This document shows positions 10,102-19,144 of a stretch of 32,940 bases of DNA, one piece after another. A model generated the notes under the pieces. That model was not told the origin of the DNA. It did no database searches and was given only the letters and a program-made list of their open reading frames with translations. Source of the stretch: Sphingomonadaceae bacterium (GTDB lineage: Bacteria; Pseudomonadota; Alphaproteobacteria; Sphingomonadales; Sphingomonadaceae); the NCBI GenBank assembly GCA_004282995.1, contig SHLU01000001.1, positions 1 to 32,940 of the forward strand. The letters are read 5' to 3'. The translations under genes and the position numbers were made by a program. The stretch's first letter is position 1. Each line of letters begins with the position of its first letter.

Positions 10102-11214
10102 ATGACACAGCGCCCAATAATGAAACCCTGGATCGAAGCGATCCACGCCTATGTGCCGGGCCGCGCCACCGGCAAGGGCGGACAGGTGCTGACCAAGCTG
10201 TCGGCCAATGAAAATCCGCTCGGCTGCTCGGACAGAGCGCTTGAAGCACTGGGGCAGCCCACTGGACCAGCGACCTATCCCGATCCCGATGCTACGGCTC
10301 TGCGCGCCGCGCTCGGAGTGATCCACGGCCTTGCGCCCGAGCGGATCGTGTGCGGCACCGGATCGGACGAATTGCTCAACCTGGCCGCACAGGCCTTTGC
10401 CGGGACCGGTCCCGAAGGTCCCGACGAAGTGCTGTTCAGCCGCTATAGCTTCGCGGTCTATGATATCGCCGCTCGGCGCTGCGGCGCGGTGCCGGTCGAG
10501 GCGCAAGATGCTGACTATGGCGCCGATGTCGATGCACTGTTGGCAGCAGTGACCGAGAGAACCCGGGTCCTGTTTCTGGCTAATCCGAATAACCCTACCG
10601 GCAGTTTCCTCCCGCGTGCAGAGATCGAACGGCTCCATGCGGGCCTGCCCTCCGATGTGCTGTTCGTGCTCGACCAGGCCTATGCCGAATATCTTGGCCC
10701 TGACGAGGACGATGGCGGGTTTGCGCTGGCGGAAGCGCATGACAACGTTCTTGTCACCCGCACATTTTCCAAGGCCTATGGACTGGCTGGCGAACGGATC
10801 GGCTGGGCCACCGGAGCGCCTCACCTTATCGACGCGCTCAATCGCATTCGCGGCCCGTTCAATGTCACCGGCAGCGGTCAGCGCGCCGCGCTCGCCGCGT
10901 TGGAGGACCAGGAATTCATCGCTGAGACACGCGCTCACAACACGCGCGAGCTGGCGCGTTTCACCGAGGCCATGCAGGCGCTCGGCAATCACGGCGTCCG
11001 TCCATTGCCGAGCAAGGCCAATTTCGTCCTTGTCCTGTTTGAAGGCGCGCTGACGGCCGAGGCTGCACTCGAGGCGCTGGCCGATGGCGGCTACGCCGTC
11101 CGGCATTTGCCTGGTCAGGGTTTGCCCCAAGCCTTGCGCATTACCGTTGGCACGGCCCTCGATATGGATGCGATTGCCGCGATCATTTCCGCCGCAGCCG
11201 AGGAAGCACAATGA
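10102..11214 (+). CDS. hisC: Histidinol-phosphate aminotransferase
   Basis: [42 protein letters not shown] (PLP lysine). Confidence 0.93.
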   Translation: MTQRPIMKPWIEAIHAYVPGRATGKGGQVLTKLSANENPLGCSDRALEALGQPTGPATYPDPDATALRAALGVIHGLAPERIVCGTGSDELLNLAAQAFAGTGPEGPDEVLFSRYSFAVYDIAARRCGAVPVEAQDADYGADVDALLAAVTERTRVLFLANPNNPTGSFLPRAEIERLHAGLPSDVLFVLDQAYAEYLGPDEDDGGFALAEAHDNVLVTRTFSKAYGLAGERIGWATGAPHLIDALNRIRGPFNVTGSGQRAALAALEDQEFIAETRAHNTRELARFTEAMQALGNHGVRPLPSKANFVLVLFEGALTAEAALEALADGGYAVRHLPGQGLPQALRITVGTALDMDAIAAIISAAAEEAQ

Positions 11215-12113
11215 GCTTCTCGCGCGTAGCCATCATCGGCCTTGGCCTGCTCGGCGGTTCGCTTGGTCTTGCCTTGCGCGAGAAGCTGCCCGGCGTGGAG
11301 ACCTTCGGATACGACAGGGATCCGGCCACACGCGCCCGCGCTGCCGAACGTGGACTGGTGGCGCAGGTCGTCGATAGCGCGGCAGAGGCAGTCCTCGGCT
11401 GTGATCTGGTAATCCTGTGCGTGCCCGTGGGAGCAATGCAGGAGGCTGCTCGCGAAATAGCGGCATCCCTGCCCGCAGGAGCGATCGTCAGCGATGTCGG
11501 CTCCTCCAAGCGATCGGTCCAGCAGGCATTGGCCGAGGCACTGCCAGACCATGTTGCCATCCCCGCGCATCCGGTTGCCGGGACCGAACAAAGCGGCCCT
11601 GATGCCGGCTTTCCTAGCCTTTTTGACGGACGCTGGTGCATCCTGACCCCACCCGCAAATGCGCCACAAGACGCGGTCGAGCGCCTGGCCGAGCTATGGC
11701 GTGATCTGGGAGCGCGGGTCGAGATCATGGACGCCGAGCACCACGACCTGGTGCTGGCGGTTACCAGTCATATCCCGCATCTGATCGCCTACACCATCGT
11801 CGGCACCGCTTCCGACATGGAAGATGTGACGCGAAGCGAAGTCATCAAATATTCGGCGGGTGGTTTCCGCGATTTCACCCGCATCGCCGCCAGCGATCCG
11901 GTGATGTGGCGCGACGTGTTCCTCAACAATCGCGACGCAGTGCTGGAAATGCTCGGTCGCTTTACCGAGGATCTCACCGCACTGCAGCGAGCCATCCGTG
12001 CTGGTGATGGTGATACCTTGCACGAGTTGTTCAGCCGGACCCGCGATATCCGCCGTTCGATCATCGACGAGGGACAGGATGATGCGGCTCCCGATTTTGG
12101 CCGCGATCACTGA
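11211..12113 (+). CDS. tyrC: Prephenate/arogenate (cyclohexadienyl) dehydrogenase
   Basis: [26 protein letters not shown]...[23 protein letters not shown]; ATGA overlap with hisC. Confidence 0.92.
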   Translation: MSFSRVAIIGLGLLGGSLGLALREKLPGVETFGYDRDPATRARAAERGLVAQVVDSAAEAVLGCDLVILCVPVGAMQEAAREIAASLPAGAIVSDVGSSKRSVQQALAEALPDHVAIPAHPVAGTEQSGPDAGFPSLFDGRWCILTPPANAPQDAVERLAELWRDLGARVEIMDAEHHDLVLAVTSHIPHLIAYTIVGTASDMEDVTRSEVIKYSAGGFRDFTRIAASDPVMWRDVFLNNRDAVLEMLGRFTEDLTALQRAIRAGDGDTLHELFSRTRDIRRSIIDEGQDDAAPDFGRDH

Positions 12114-12800
12114 TCAGGCGCTGTTGAGCGCGTTGATCGCTGCCTCCGTCCGTCTCTCTACCTCGTCGCGTGGCAATCCTGCCGGGATTGGCTCGCCGAA
12201 GCGGTAGGTGATGGTTCCGGGCCGTTTCCATGTCCGGTGGTAAAGCGGACCGCTATTCACCGCGACCGGGATCACCGGCAGCTTGACCATCTTGTAAATC
12301 CCCGAAAAGCCCGATTGCAGCTTGCCGTGATGGTCATGCGGGACGCGGGTGCCTTCCGGAAAGATCACCAGCGGGCGTCCTTCTTCGGCCTTGGCCCGGG
12401 CTTCGCGCATGATCATCATCAGTGCCTTGGCCCCTTCGCTGCGGGCGACCGGCACCAGACCATAGCGGCGGGCGAGGTAGCCCCAGACCGGTATGGCAAA
12501 CAGTTCCTTTTTGGCGAAAACCACCGGGTTGGTGAACAGGTACGGCGCATCAAGTGCCTCGAAGAAGCTCTCGTGCTTTACCGCATAGAGCGTCGGCGTA
12601 TTAACAGGCCCGCCGCCCTCGATCACGATTTTGATGCCGAGGATATGCCGCAGGCACCAGCGGTGCCAGGCACCCCAATTCTTGACCGCGCGGCGAAATG
12701 CCACCTTGCCGACAAACGCTGCCAACAGCGATATCAGCACGCAGATTGTGCTGCCGGTATAATAGACCGGGTAGAAAATAATATTGCGCAGGGTAACCAT
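12114..12800 (-). CDS. plsC: Lysophospholipid acyltransferase (PlsC family)
   Basis: KHESFFE (HxxxxD/E variant), FAKKEL, IFPEGTR, IPVA. Confidence 0.85.
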   Translation of the reverse strand: MVTLRNIIFYPVYYTGSTICVLISLLAAFVGKVAFRRAVKNWGAWHRWCLRHILGIKIVIEGGGPVNTPTLYAVKHESFFEALDAPYLFTNPVVFAKKELFAIPVWGYLARRYGLVPVARSEGAKALMMIMREARAKAEEGRPLVIFPEGTRVPHDHHGKLQSGFSGIYKMVKLPVIPVAVNSGPLYHRTWKRPGTITYRFGEPIPAGLPRDEVERRTEAAINALNSA

Positions 12801-12809
12801 TGCGGGGCC

Positions 12810-13340
12810 TTATACCGGGACGAACCGCGAGAGCCAGCTTGCCAGCAGCTTGTTGTATTCGAGGAACAGGGTGAACAGCGATGGTTCGGTCGCCACGGCA
12901 TCCTCGACAATGCGGATATTGGTCGGCAATTGCCGCCGCAGTTCGGAGGCGGCGCGGCGCATGTGCCAATCGGAGGTCACCAGCCGCAAGGAACGGATCT
13001 TGTTGCGGGCAACCCAATCGGCAGTTTCGACCGCGTTGCCGCGGGTATTCATCGCCTCGAAGCCGAGCACGACGCAGCACTGCATCTGATCCATCGACAC
13101 GTTGAACTCTTCGGCGAACTCAGCCGGCCGGACATCGGTATCGACACCAGTCACCAACACCAGCCTCGCCTTACCCTGATCGAGAATCTGGAGCCCGTGG
13201 GCGATCCGCCCTGCTCCGCCTGTCGGCACGATGACTGCATCGGTCTCCTGCTCGGACAATGGCTGCGGCAAGGTCACGGCGAACCACATAAAGCCGAGCA
13301 CCCAGCTCACGAAGAGAAGGAGGAAAAGACGCCAGATCAC
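12810..13340 (-). CDS. YdcF/DUF218 family protein
   Basis: N-terminal TM helix, DAVIVPTGG..R, NTRGNA.E, LVTSDWHMRRA, EYNK; GTG start overlaps the ftsX stop. Confidence 0.88.
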   Translation of the reverse strand: MIWRLFLLLFVSWVLGFMWFAVTLPQPLSEQETDAVIVPTGGAGRIAHGLQILDQGKARLVLVTGVDTDVRPAEFAEEFNVSMDQMQCCVVLGFEAMNTRGNAVETADWVARNKIRSLRLVTSDWHMRRAASELRRQLPTNIRIVEDAVATEPSLFTLFLEYNKLLASWLSRFVPV

Positions 13341-14269
13341 AGCATCTTCCTCAGCGCGGCGACAACAGTCAACCGCGCGGTCACCATGGCCAGCAATACG
13401 GTAATCAGCGGCACGAAAGCGACTGCCAGCCAGTCTTGCCAGCCGAGACCGCCGCCAGCGACCATGCCGCTATCGAGTGCGGCGAAACGCTGCCCCAGGA
13501 ACAAGACCGCCGCAGTCCCGAGAACCAGCCCGACCATCCCGCCCAGTGCCGCATCGGTTGCCACGGTCCGCTGGAATACCCGCGCAATCTGTGTGTCGGT
13601 CCCGCCGAGCAGATGGACAACCTCGATAGTCTCGCGATTACTGCCGAGCGCACTTCGCGCCGCCAGGAAAACCGCCGCAAGGCTGGTGGTAGCCAGCAGC
13701 ACCACCAGCGCCAGGGCCAGATATTGCAGCGAGGCAATTGCCGAGAACACCGGGCCGAGCCATGTTGCCTGGGCATCGATCCGCGCATCAGGCGCAACTT
13801 GCAGGAGCGCCGCGCGCATCCGCCTCAATTTGTCCGGCGTCGCCTCTTCACGCAGGCGGACGTCGATCAGCGCAGGCACAGGCACGGTCTCGCCATCGAC
13901 CCCGGCGCCGAGCCATGGTTCGAGCAGGCCTTCAAGCTCGCTTTGAGGGACACGGCGGATTGTGGCTACTTCCGGGAACCCGGCCAGAACTTCCTCCACT
14001 GCCTGCGCCTGGCGCGCGCGTTCGCCCGGCTCGGCTTCGACCACCTGGATTGTAGCGCCGCCCGAAAGTTCCGCCTGTGCGCCATCGGCGAGGTTGCTCA
14101 AGGCCAGGCCTGCGGCGGTCGCGATGACCGTCAGGGCGACCATGATGGCGATGACCCACGGCACTGGCCCGGCCAAGCTACCCTGCGGCAGGAGCTGGCT
14201 GGCCCGTTCACCACGGAACGGCACCAGCCCGCGGCCGAGCCGGCGTTTGACAGGCGGTGTCTTGCTCAT
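13337..14269 (-). CDS. ftsX: Cell division ABC transporter permease FtsX
   Basis: One TM, periplasmic domain (LLEPWLG, P.P.LIDV), three further TMs, IEVVHLLGGTD.QIA..FQ; directly follows ftsE. Confidence 0.9.
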   Translation of the reverse strand: MSKTPPVKRRLGRGLVPFRGERASQLLPQGSLAGPVPWVIAIMVALTVIATAAGLALSNLADGAQAELSGGATIQVVEAEPGERARQAQAVEEVLAGFPEVATIRRVPQSELEGLLEPWLGAGVDGETVPVPALIDVRLREEATPDKLRRMRAALLQVAPDARIDAQATWLGPVFSAIASLQYLALALVVLLATTSLAAVFLAARSALGSNRETIEVVHLLGGTDTQIARVFQRTVATDAALGGMVGLVLGTAAVLFLGQRFAALDSGMVAGGGLGWQDWLAVAFVPLITVLLAMVTARLTVVAALRKML

Positions 14270-15000
14270 CCGGGCCGCGCCTCTGTCGCCTTGCGGCGCG
14301 GGGGATTGCGCAGCATCCCTGTGGGATCGGACAGGCGGCCCTTGTCGAGCCGCATGATCATCGATTGCGGCACTTTCTGCAGCAAATGCAGGTCATGGGT
14401 CGCCACCACTACCGTGGTGCCAAGGCGGTTGAGCGCTTCGAAAAGGCGCAACAACTTGACCGCCATTTCCGGGTCGACATTGCCGGTCGGCTCGTCCGCT
14501 ACCAGCACGTCAGGCCGACCGATCACCGCGCGGGCGATGGCCACGCGCTGTTGTTCACCGCCTGAAAGAGTGGCCGGGCGCGCTTCGGCACGGTGGGCGA
14601 GGCCAACCCATTCGAGCATGTCGGCGACAGGCTTGGCCAAGTCCGCCTCCGAAACGCCCGACACCCTGAGCGGCAGGGCAATGTTGTCATGCGCCGACAT
14701 GTGCGGGACCAGCCGGAAATCCTGGAACACCACGCCAAGCCGGCGGCGATAGCTGGGCAGTCGGGCGCGTGGCAGTGTAATGACATCGGTGCCGAACATG
14801 CGGATGACCCCGCGCGAGGGGCGCTGGGCCAGATAGAGCAGCTTGAGCAGCGAGGTCTTGCCCGCGCCGCTGGCGCCGGTGAGGAAATAAAAACTGCCCG
14901 GCCACAAGGTGAAGGATATGTCGCTCAGCACCTCCTTGCCCTGCCCGTAACGCAGGCCGACGTTGTCGAAGGTCACGACCTCTTCGTCACCTTCGGACAT
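14266..15000 (-). CDS. ftsE: Cell division ATP-binding protein FtsE
   Basis: Walker A GASGAGKT, VVFQDFRL, LSGGEQQRVAIARA, ADEPTGNVD, ATHD. Confidence 0.95.
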   Translation of the reverse strand: MSEGDEEVVTFDNVGLRYGQGKEVLSDISFTLWPGSFYFLTGASGAGKTSLLKLLYLAQRPSRGVIRMFGTDVITLPRARLPSYRRRLGVVFQDFRLVPHMSAHDNIALPLRVSGVSEADLAKPVADMLEWVGLAHRAEARPATLSGGEQQRVAIARAVIGRPDVLVADEPTGNVDPEMAVKLLRLFEALNRLGTTVVVATHDLHLLQKVPQSMIMRLDKGRLSDPTGMLRNPPRRKATEARPG

Positions 15001-15154
15001 CGGCAGACCTTTCAAATGGGGGCATTGCGGCGAATAACATGTGTTGCCGGGGGCTATAGCGGCCCTTCGATGTGGAAAAAAGCGGCAAGCGCAATTGCTT
15101 CCCCCGCTAGTGACCTTGCCAGTGATTCCCCAGCAGGCGTAAGGCTAGGCTTCG

Positions 15155-16060
15155 ATGATCATCGCCTGTCCAGCCTGTTCTACCCGCTATGTGGTTCCCG
15201 ATAGCGCTATCGGCGTGGAAGGACGCACGGTCCGCTGCGCCAAGTGCAAGCATAGCTGGTTCCAGGACGGTCCACAGATCGACACTGGGGAAGAGGCGAG
15301 GCCTGCCCCGCTTCCGGCTCCTCCACCAGCGCCGCCCGCTCCGCCACCTGCGCCCGAAGCGGATACCACCCCGGAACCTATGTCGGCGGCTGCGCGCGAT
15401 CCGGCGCCTGAGCAATCTGAACCAGCTGAGGTCGAGGACGCACCCGAAGCGATACCGCCAACCGAATCGTCGCAGCAATATCCTGCCGATCCGGTAGCCG
15501 ATAGCGACTCTTACGAGGACAGCTCGCTCGAAGGGCCGCCTCCGGTCAGCGAGGCGCCTCCTGCTCCTCCGCCTGCATTCGAACCCGAAGACGATCATTC
15601 GCAGTTCGATTACGAGCCTCCGTTCCGGTCGCGCCGCAACCCGCTCAAGATGTGGACTGCGATTGCCGCGGTCTTCGCGCTGCTCGCAGTCGGGATCATC
15701 GCTACACTATCCTATTACGGCACGCCTGACTGGTTGCCGGTGCAGCAGCCGACCTTCGGGGTCGAGCAACCCGATTTGGTGCTCGATTTTCCCGAGGATC
15801 GACAGGATCGGCGAACTCTGCCCGATGACAGCATCCTGTTCGCCGTCAGCGGGACGATCACCAATGTCGGCCGCGAATCCCGTCGCGTCCCCGATGTGTT
15901 GATCGCCTTCTACGACGAAACCGATACCCGCGTATGGCGCTGGGTCATCAACCCGGAGAAAGACACGCTCGCCCCGGGCGAAAGCCTGACCATCAACGAG
16001 GCCAGCAACGAAATCCCCAAGCGGGCCAGAAAAGCCCGCATTGGCTGGAGCCCGAGCTGA
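15155..16060 (+). CDS. MJ0042-type zinc-ribbon membrane protein (ZitP-like: Zn finger, Pro/acidic linker, TM, DUF3426-like domain)
   Basis: CPAC.TRY...GRTVRCAKCKHSW; low-complexity linker; TM helix; C-terminal VSGTITN...VP...LAPGES; divergent from ftsE. Confidence 0.85.
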   Translation: MIIACPACSTRYVVPDSAIGVEGRTVRCAKCKHSWFQDGPQIDTGEEARPAPLPAPPPAPPAPPPAPEADTTPEPMSAAARDPAPEQSEPAEVEDAPEAIPPTESSQQYPADPVADSDSYEDSSLEGPPPVSEAPPAPPPAFEPEDDHSQFDYEPPFRSRRNPLKMWTAIAAVFALLAVGIIATLSYYGTPDWLPVQQPTFGVEQPDLVLDFPEDRQDRRTLPDDSILFAVSGTITNVGRESRRVPDVLIAFYDETDTRVWRWVINPEKDTLAPGESLTINEASNEIPKRARKARIGWSPS

Positions 16061-16110
16061 CGGGCTGCACCATGAACGACGCAAGCTTTCATCGCTTGTG
16101 TGAAAGCGTC

Positions 16111-16139
16111 TTGCAGCCTCTCTCGCTCGCTGCTAGGGG
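16111..16139 (+). promoter_or_regulatory. Putative sigma70 promoter for tRNA-Leu
   Basis: TTGCAG-N17-TAGGGG about 50 nt upstream of the tRNA; the -10 lacks the final T, as is common in alphaproteobacteria. Confidence 0.4.
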
Positions 16140-16188
16140 CGCGCTCCTACCTCCCCGGGGCCGCTGATTTGAACGGCCCTGACTGTGT

Positions 16189-16275
16189 GCGGTCGTGGCG
16201 GAACTGGTAGACGCGCAACGTTGAGGTCGTTGTGGGCTAACGCCCGTGGAAGTTCGAGTCTTCTCGACCGCACCA
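16189..16275 (+). tRNA. tRNA-Leu(GAG)
   Basis: Acceptor stem GCGGTCG/CGACCGC + ACCA; D loop GGAACTGGTAGAC; anticodon arm CAACG-TTGAGGT-CGTTG; long variable arm; T loop TTCGAGT. Confidence 0.97.
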
Positions 16276-16445
16276 AACAGTTTTCTGTCAGAGCCGATCC
16301 TGCCTCCATGTGGAGCAATGCCGTCGAAAGTGATGCTTTCCGGCCGATCATTTTCCCTGCATTCGATTACCGGTCGCCTCTTTGTTCGCTGCGATCTGGC
16401 GCTGTGGGATTGATTCGATACAAGGAGGACCGGAACCCAAAAAGA

Positions 16446-17867
16446 ATGGCAGATTCGTTCGAAGAGAAACTGACAGCCGTCCTCGCGCACGCGATTGCCG
16501 GGTTCGAGACCCTTGTCAGTTGTGACCGCCTGAGTGGAGGTGCGAGCCAGGAGACTTACCGGATCGAGATCGCCAGTCGCGGCAGCACGCGCTTGCTGGC
16601 CATGCGGCGGGCAACAGGCGGTGAAGACGATGCCGGGTTTTCCGGCGCTCCGGGCCTCGCGGTCGAGGCAAAGCTGTTCGACATCGCCCGGAAGGCAGGC
16701 GTACCCGAACCAGAAATCTACTATACGTTCAAATCCAGCGACGGCCTTGGCGCCGGTTTCATCATGGAGTGGCTCGCAGGCGAAACGTTGGGGGCGCGGA
16801 TCAACAAGATACCCGAACTCGATCAGATTCGCCCGAAACTCGCTCATGAGTGCGGACAGATCCTGGCGCGTATCCACGACATCGATCTCGACGATTCCGG
16901 ATTGCGCGATGCCCTGACCGCAACAGCGACCGGCAATCTGGTCCGGAAAATGTGGGACGAGTACCAGACGTTCGATACGCCGCAGCCGATGATCGATTTC
17001 ACCGCGCGATGGTTGCTGGGCAATCTGCCTGACCAGTGCGAGCACCGCCTGACCCACGGCGATTTCCGCAATGGCAATCTCATGGTCACGCCGGAGGGCA
17101 TCATTGCCGTGCTCGATTGGGAACTTGCCTATATCGGCGATCCGGTTCGCGATCTCGGGTGGATCTGCACCAATTCCTGGCGCTTTGGTCGCCACGAATT
17201 GCCGGTTGGCGGGTTCGGCACACGCGAAGACCTGCTCGCGGGATACGAAACGCAATGCGGGCGCAAGATCGATCCCGACCACCTGCGTTTTTGGGAGGTG
17301 TTCGGCTCTTTCTGGTGGGCCATTGGTTGCCTGAAGATGCAGCAATCGTGGCGCGACTTGCCAGAGCGGAGCGTGGAGCGACCCGGCATCGCCAGGCGGT
17401 CATCCGAATGCCAGACTGATTGCGCCAATCTGATCATACCCGGACCTGTCAACTTGCTCGAGCCGGGTGTTGCGACGACCACTGTGGACATGCCGAGCAG
17501 TACGGAGTTGCTCTCAAGCGTCCGCGATTTCCTGCGCAATGATGTGCGGGGCGCGGTCGACGCGCGCAACGGGTTCATGGCGCTGGTGGCATCGAACTCG
17601 CTCGACATCGTGATCCGCGAACTCAAGCTGGGCAGCGCCGCGCGTGAGGCCGAACAGACGAGATTGTCGGACCTTCTCGATACATCCGGAGAGCTGGAAG
17701 ACCTACGCTGGAAGCTGGTCATGGCGCTGCGCAGCGGCGAACTGGCACTCGACCATCCTGGTCTGCCCAACCATCTCAGGAACACGGTCGTCAACCAGCT
17801 TGCGATCGATCAGCCGAAATATTCGGGCCTTGCCGTTGCGCTCGGCCAAGGAGGGAATTGCAGATGA
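16446..17867 (+). CDS. APH-family phosphotransferase fused to a C-terminal LvaB/DUF6285-like domain
   Basis: LSGGASQET, GVPEPE, THGDFRNGN, VLDWEL, GDP..DLGW, WRFG; a separate helical domain starts near 17490 (ELL..VRDFLR...VASNSLDIV.RE...LAIDQPKY). Confidence 0.88.
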   Translation: MADSFEEKLTAVLAHAIAGFETLVSCDRLSGGASQETYRIEIASRGSTRLLAMRRATGGEDDAGFSGAPGLAVEAKLFDIARKAGVPEPEIYYTFKSSDGLGAGFIMEWLAGETLGARINKIPELDQIRPKLAHECGQILARIHDIDLDDSGLRDALTATATGNLVRKMWDEYQTFDTPQPMIDFTARWLLGNLPDQCEHRLTHGDFRNGNLMVTPEGIIAVLDWELAYIGDPVRDLGWICTNSWRFGRHELPVGGFGTREDLLAGYETQCGRKIDPDHLRFWEVFGSFWWAIGCLKMQQSWRDLPERSVERPGIARRSSECQTDCANLIIPGPVNLLEPGVATTTVDMPSSTELLSSVRDFLRNDVRGAVDARNGFMALVASNSLDIVIRELKLGSAAREAEQTRLSDLLDTSGELEDLRWKLVMALRSGELALDHPGLPNHLRNTVVNQLAIDQPKYSGLAVALGQGGNCR

Positions 17868-19135
17868 TGAACTTCGACATTCCAGCGAGCACGCAAGCCT
17901 ATCTCGACCGGCTGGATGCGTTCATCGAAGCAGAAATCATGCCGCTGCAAATGCATGACGACAACAATCGCTTCTTCGACCATCGCCGCGAGGATGCCCG
18001 CACCGACTGGGACAACGGCGGTCAGCCCACGGAAGACTGGGAAGCACTGATGTCCAGGGCCAAGCGCATAGCCGACAAGGCTGGATTCTATCGTTTCGCC
18101 TTGCCCGAGAAATGGGGCGGACAAGGCGGCAGCAATCTCGACATGGCGATCATCCGCGAACATCTCGCGGCAAAGGGGGTGGGTCTGTTCAACGATCTCC
18201 AGACCGAACACTCGGTCGTCGGCAATTTGGTCGGGCCACTACTCATGGACGCCTATGGTTCCGATGCGCAAAAGGAAGAGTGGCTCGAACCGATGCTCAA
18301 GGGCGAAGGCGGCTTTACCTTCGGCATCACTGAGGCTGCGCATGGGTCCGACGCGACGCATATGGAAACCACTGCGGTACGCGACGGGGACGAGTGGATC
18401 ATCAACGGCGAGAAATCCTGGAACACCGGCATCCACAAGGCATCACATGCGATGATCATGGCCCGGACCAGCGGAACGGCTGGCGACGGGGTAGGCATCA
18501 CGGCATTTCTGGTCCCGACAGACGCGCCCGGCTTCACGCTGGAGGAACTCCTCTGGACTTTCAACATGCCGACCGATCATGGCAGCATCTCGCTCAAGGA
18601 GGTGCGCGTTCCCGACAGCGCCATATTTGGTGAAGAAGGACGCGGCCTCGCGATCGTGCAGCATTTCTTCAATGAAAACCGCATCAGGCAGGCGGCATCA
18701 TCGCTCGGAGCGGCACAATTCTGCATCGATGAATCTGTCAAATATGCGCGCGAACGCAAACCCTTCGGCAAGCCGCTCGCGACCAATCAGGGCATCCAGT
18801 TCCCGCTGGTGGAGTTGCAGACACAGTGCGAGATGCTGCGAGCGCTGATCCACAAGACCGCGTGGCAGATGGACACCTACGGCGCATTCTCGGTGTCGGA
18901 CAAGGTATCCATGTGCAATTACTGGTCCAACCGGCTGTGCTGCGAAGCGGCCGACCGGGCGATGCAAGTGCATGGCGGCCTTGGCTATTCTCGCCACAAG
19001 CCGTTCGAACATATCTATCGCCACCACCGCCGCTATCGCATCACCGAAGGCGCGGAGGAAATCCAGATGCGCCGCGTGGCTGGCTATATGTTCGGGTTCA
19101 TGGACCAGCGCGCTCCCAAGGGCGTACGCGAATAG
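17864..19135 (+). CDS. Acyl-CoA dehydrogenase family protein (LvaC/ACAD10-11-like context)
   Basis: FGITE...GSDA, WIINGEKSW, F.NENRIRQAA, R..FGKPL..NQGIQF, QVHGGLGY, RITEGAEEIQ; ATGA overlap with the kinase gene. Confidence 0.92.
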   Translation: MMNFDIPASTQAYLDRLDAFIEAEIMPLQMHDDNNRFFDHRREDARTDWDNGGQPTEDWEALMSRAKRIADKAGFYRFALPEKWGGQGGSNLDMAIIREHLAAKGVGLFNDLQTEHSVVGNLVGPLLMDAYGSDAQKEEWLEPMLKGEGGFTFGITEAAHGSDATHMETTAVRDGDEWIINGEKSWNTGIHKASHAMIMARTSGTAGDGVGITAFLVPTDAPGFTLEELLWTFNMPTDHGSISLKEVRVPDSAIFGEEGRGLAIVQHFFNENRIRQAASSLGAAQFCIDESVKYARERKPFGKPLATNQGIQFPLVELQTQCEMLRALIHKTAWQMDTYGAFSVSDKVSMCNYWSNRLCCEAADRAMQVHGGLGYSRHKPFEHIYRHHRRYRITEGAEEIQMRRVAGYMFGFMDQRAPKGVRE

Positions 19136-19144
19136 GTCGCCGGC

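Noticed and set aside
12237-13946. 569 aa plus-strand ORF and other long antisense ORFs (e.g. 2763-3791, 4641-5975, 9946-11211, 13436-14752, 16089-17345, 24704-25861)
   Set aside because: They lie opposite well-supported genes, lack recognisable motifs, and are expected shadow ORFs in GC-rich DNA.
15300-15580. Repetitive CCG/CCT-rich sequence as a DNA repeat or array
   Set aside because: Explained by the Pro/Ala-rich linker of the ZitP-like protein; no fixed repeat-spacer period.
16185-16445. 87-codon N-terminal extension of the phosphotransferase in the ORF track
   Set aside because: It runs through tRNA-Leu; ATG 16446 with upstream AAGGAGG is the plausible start.
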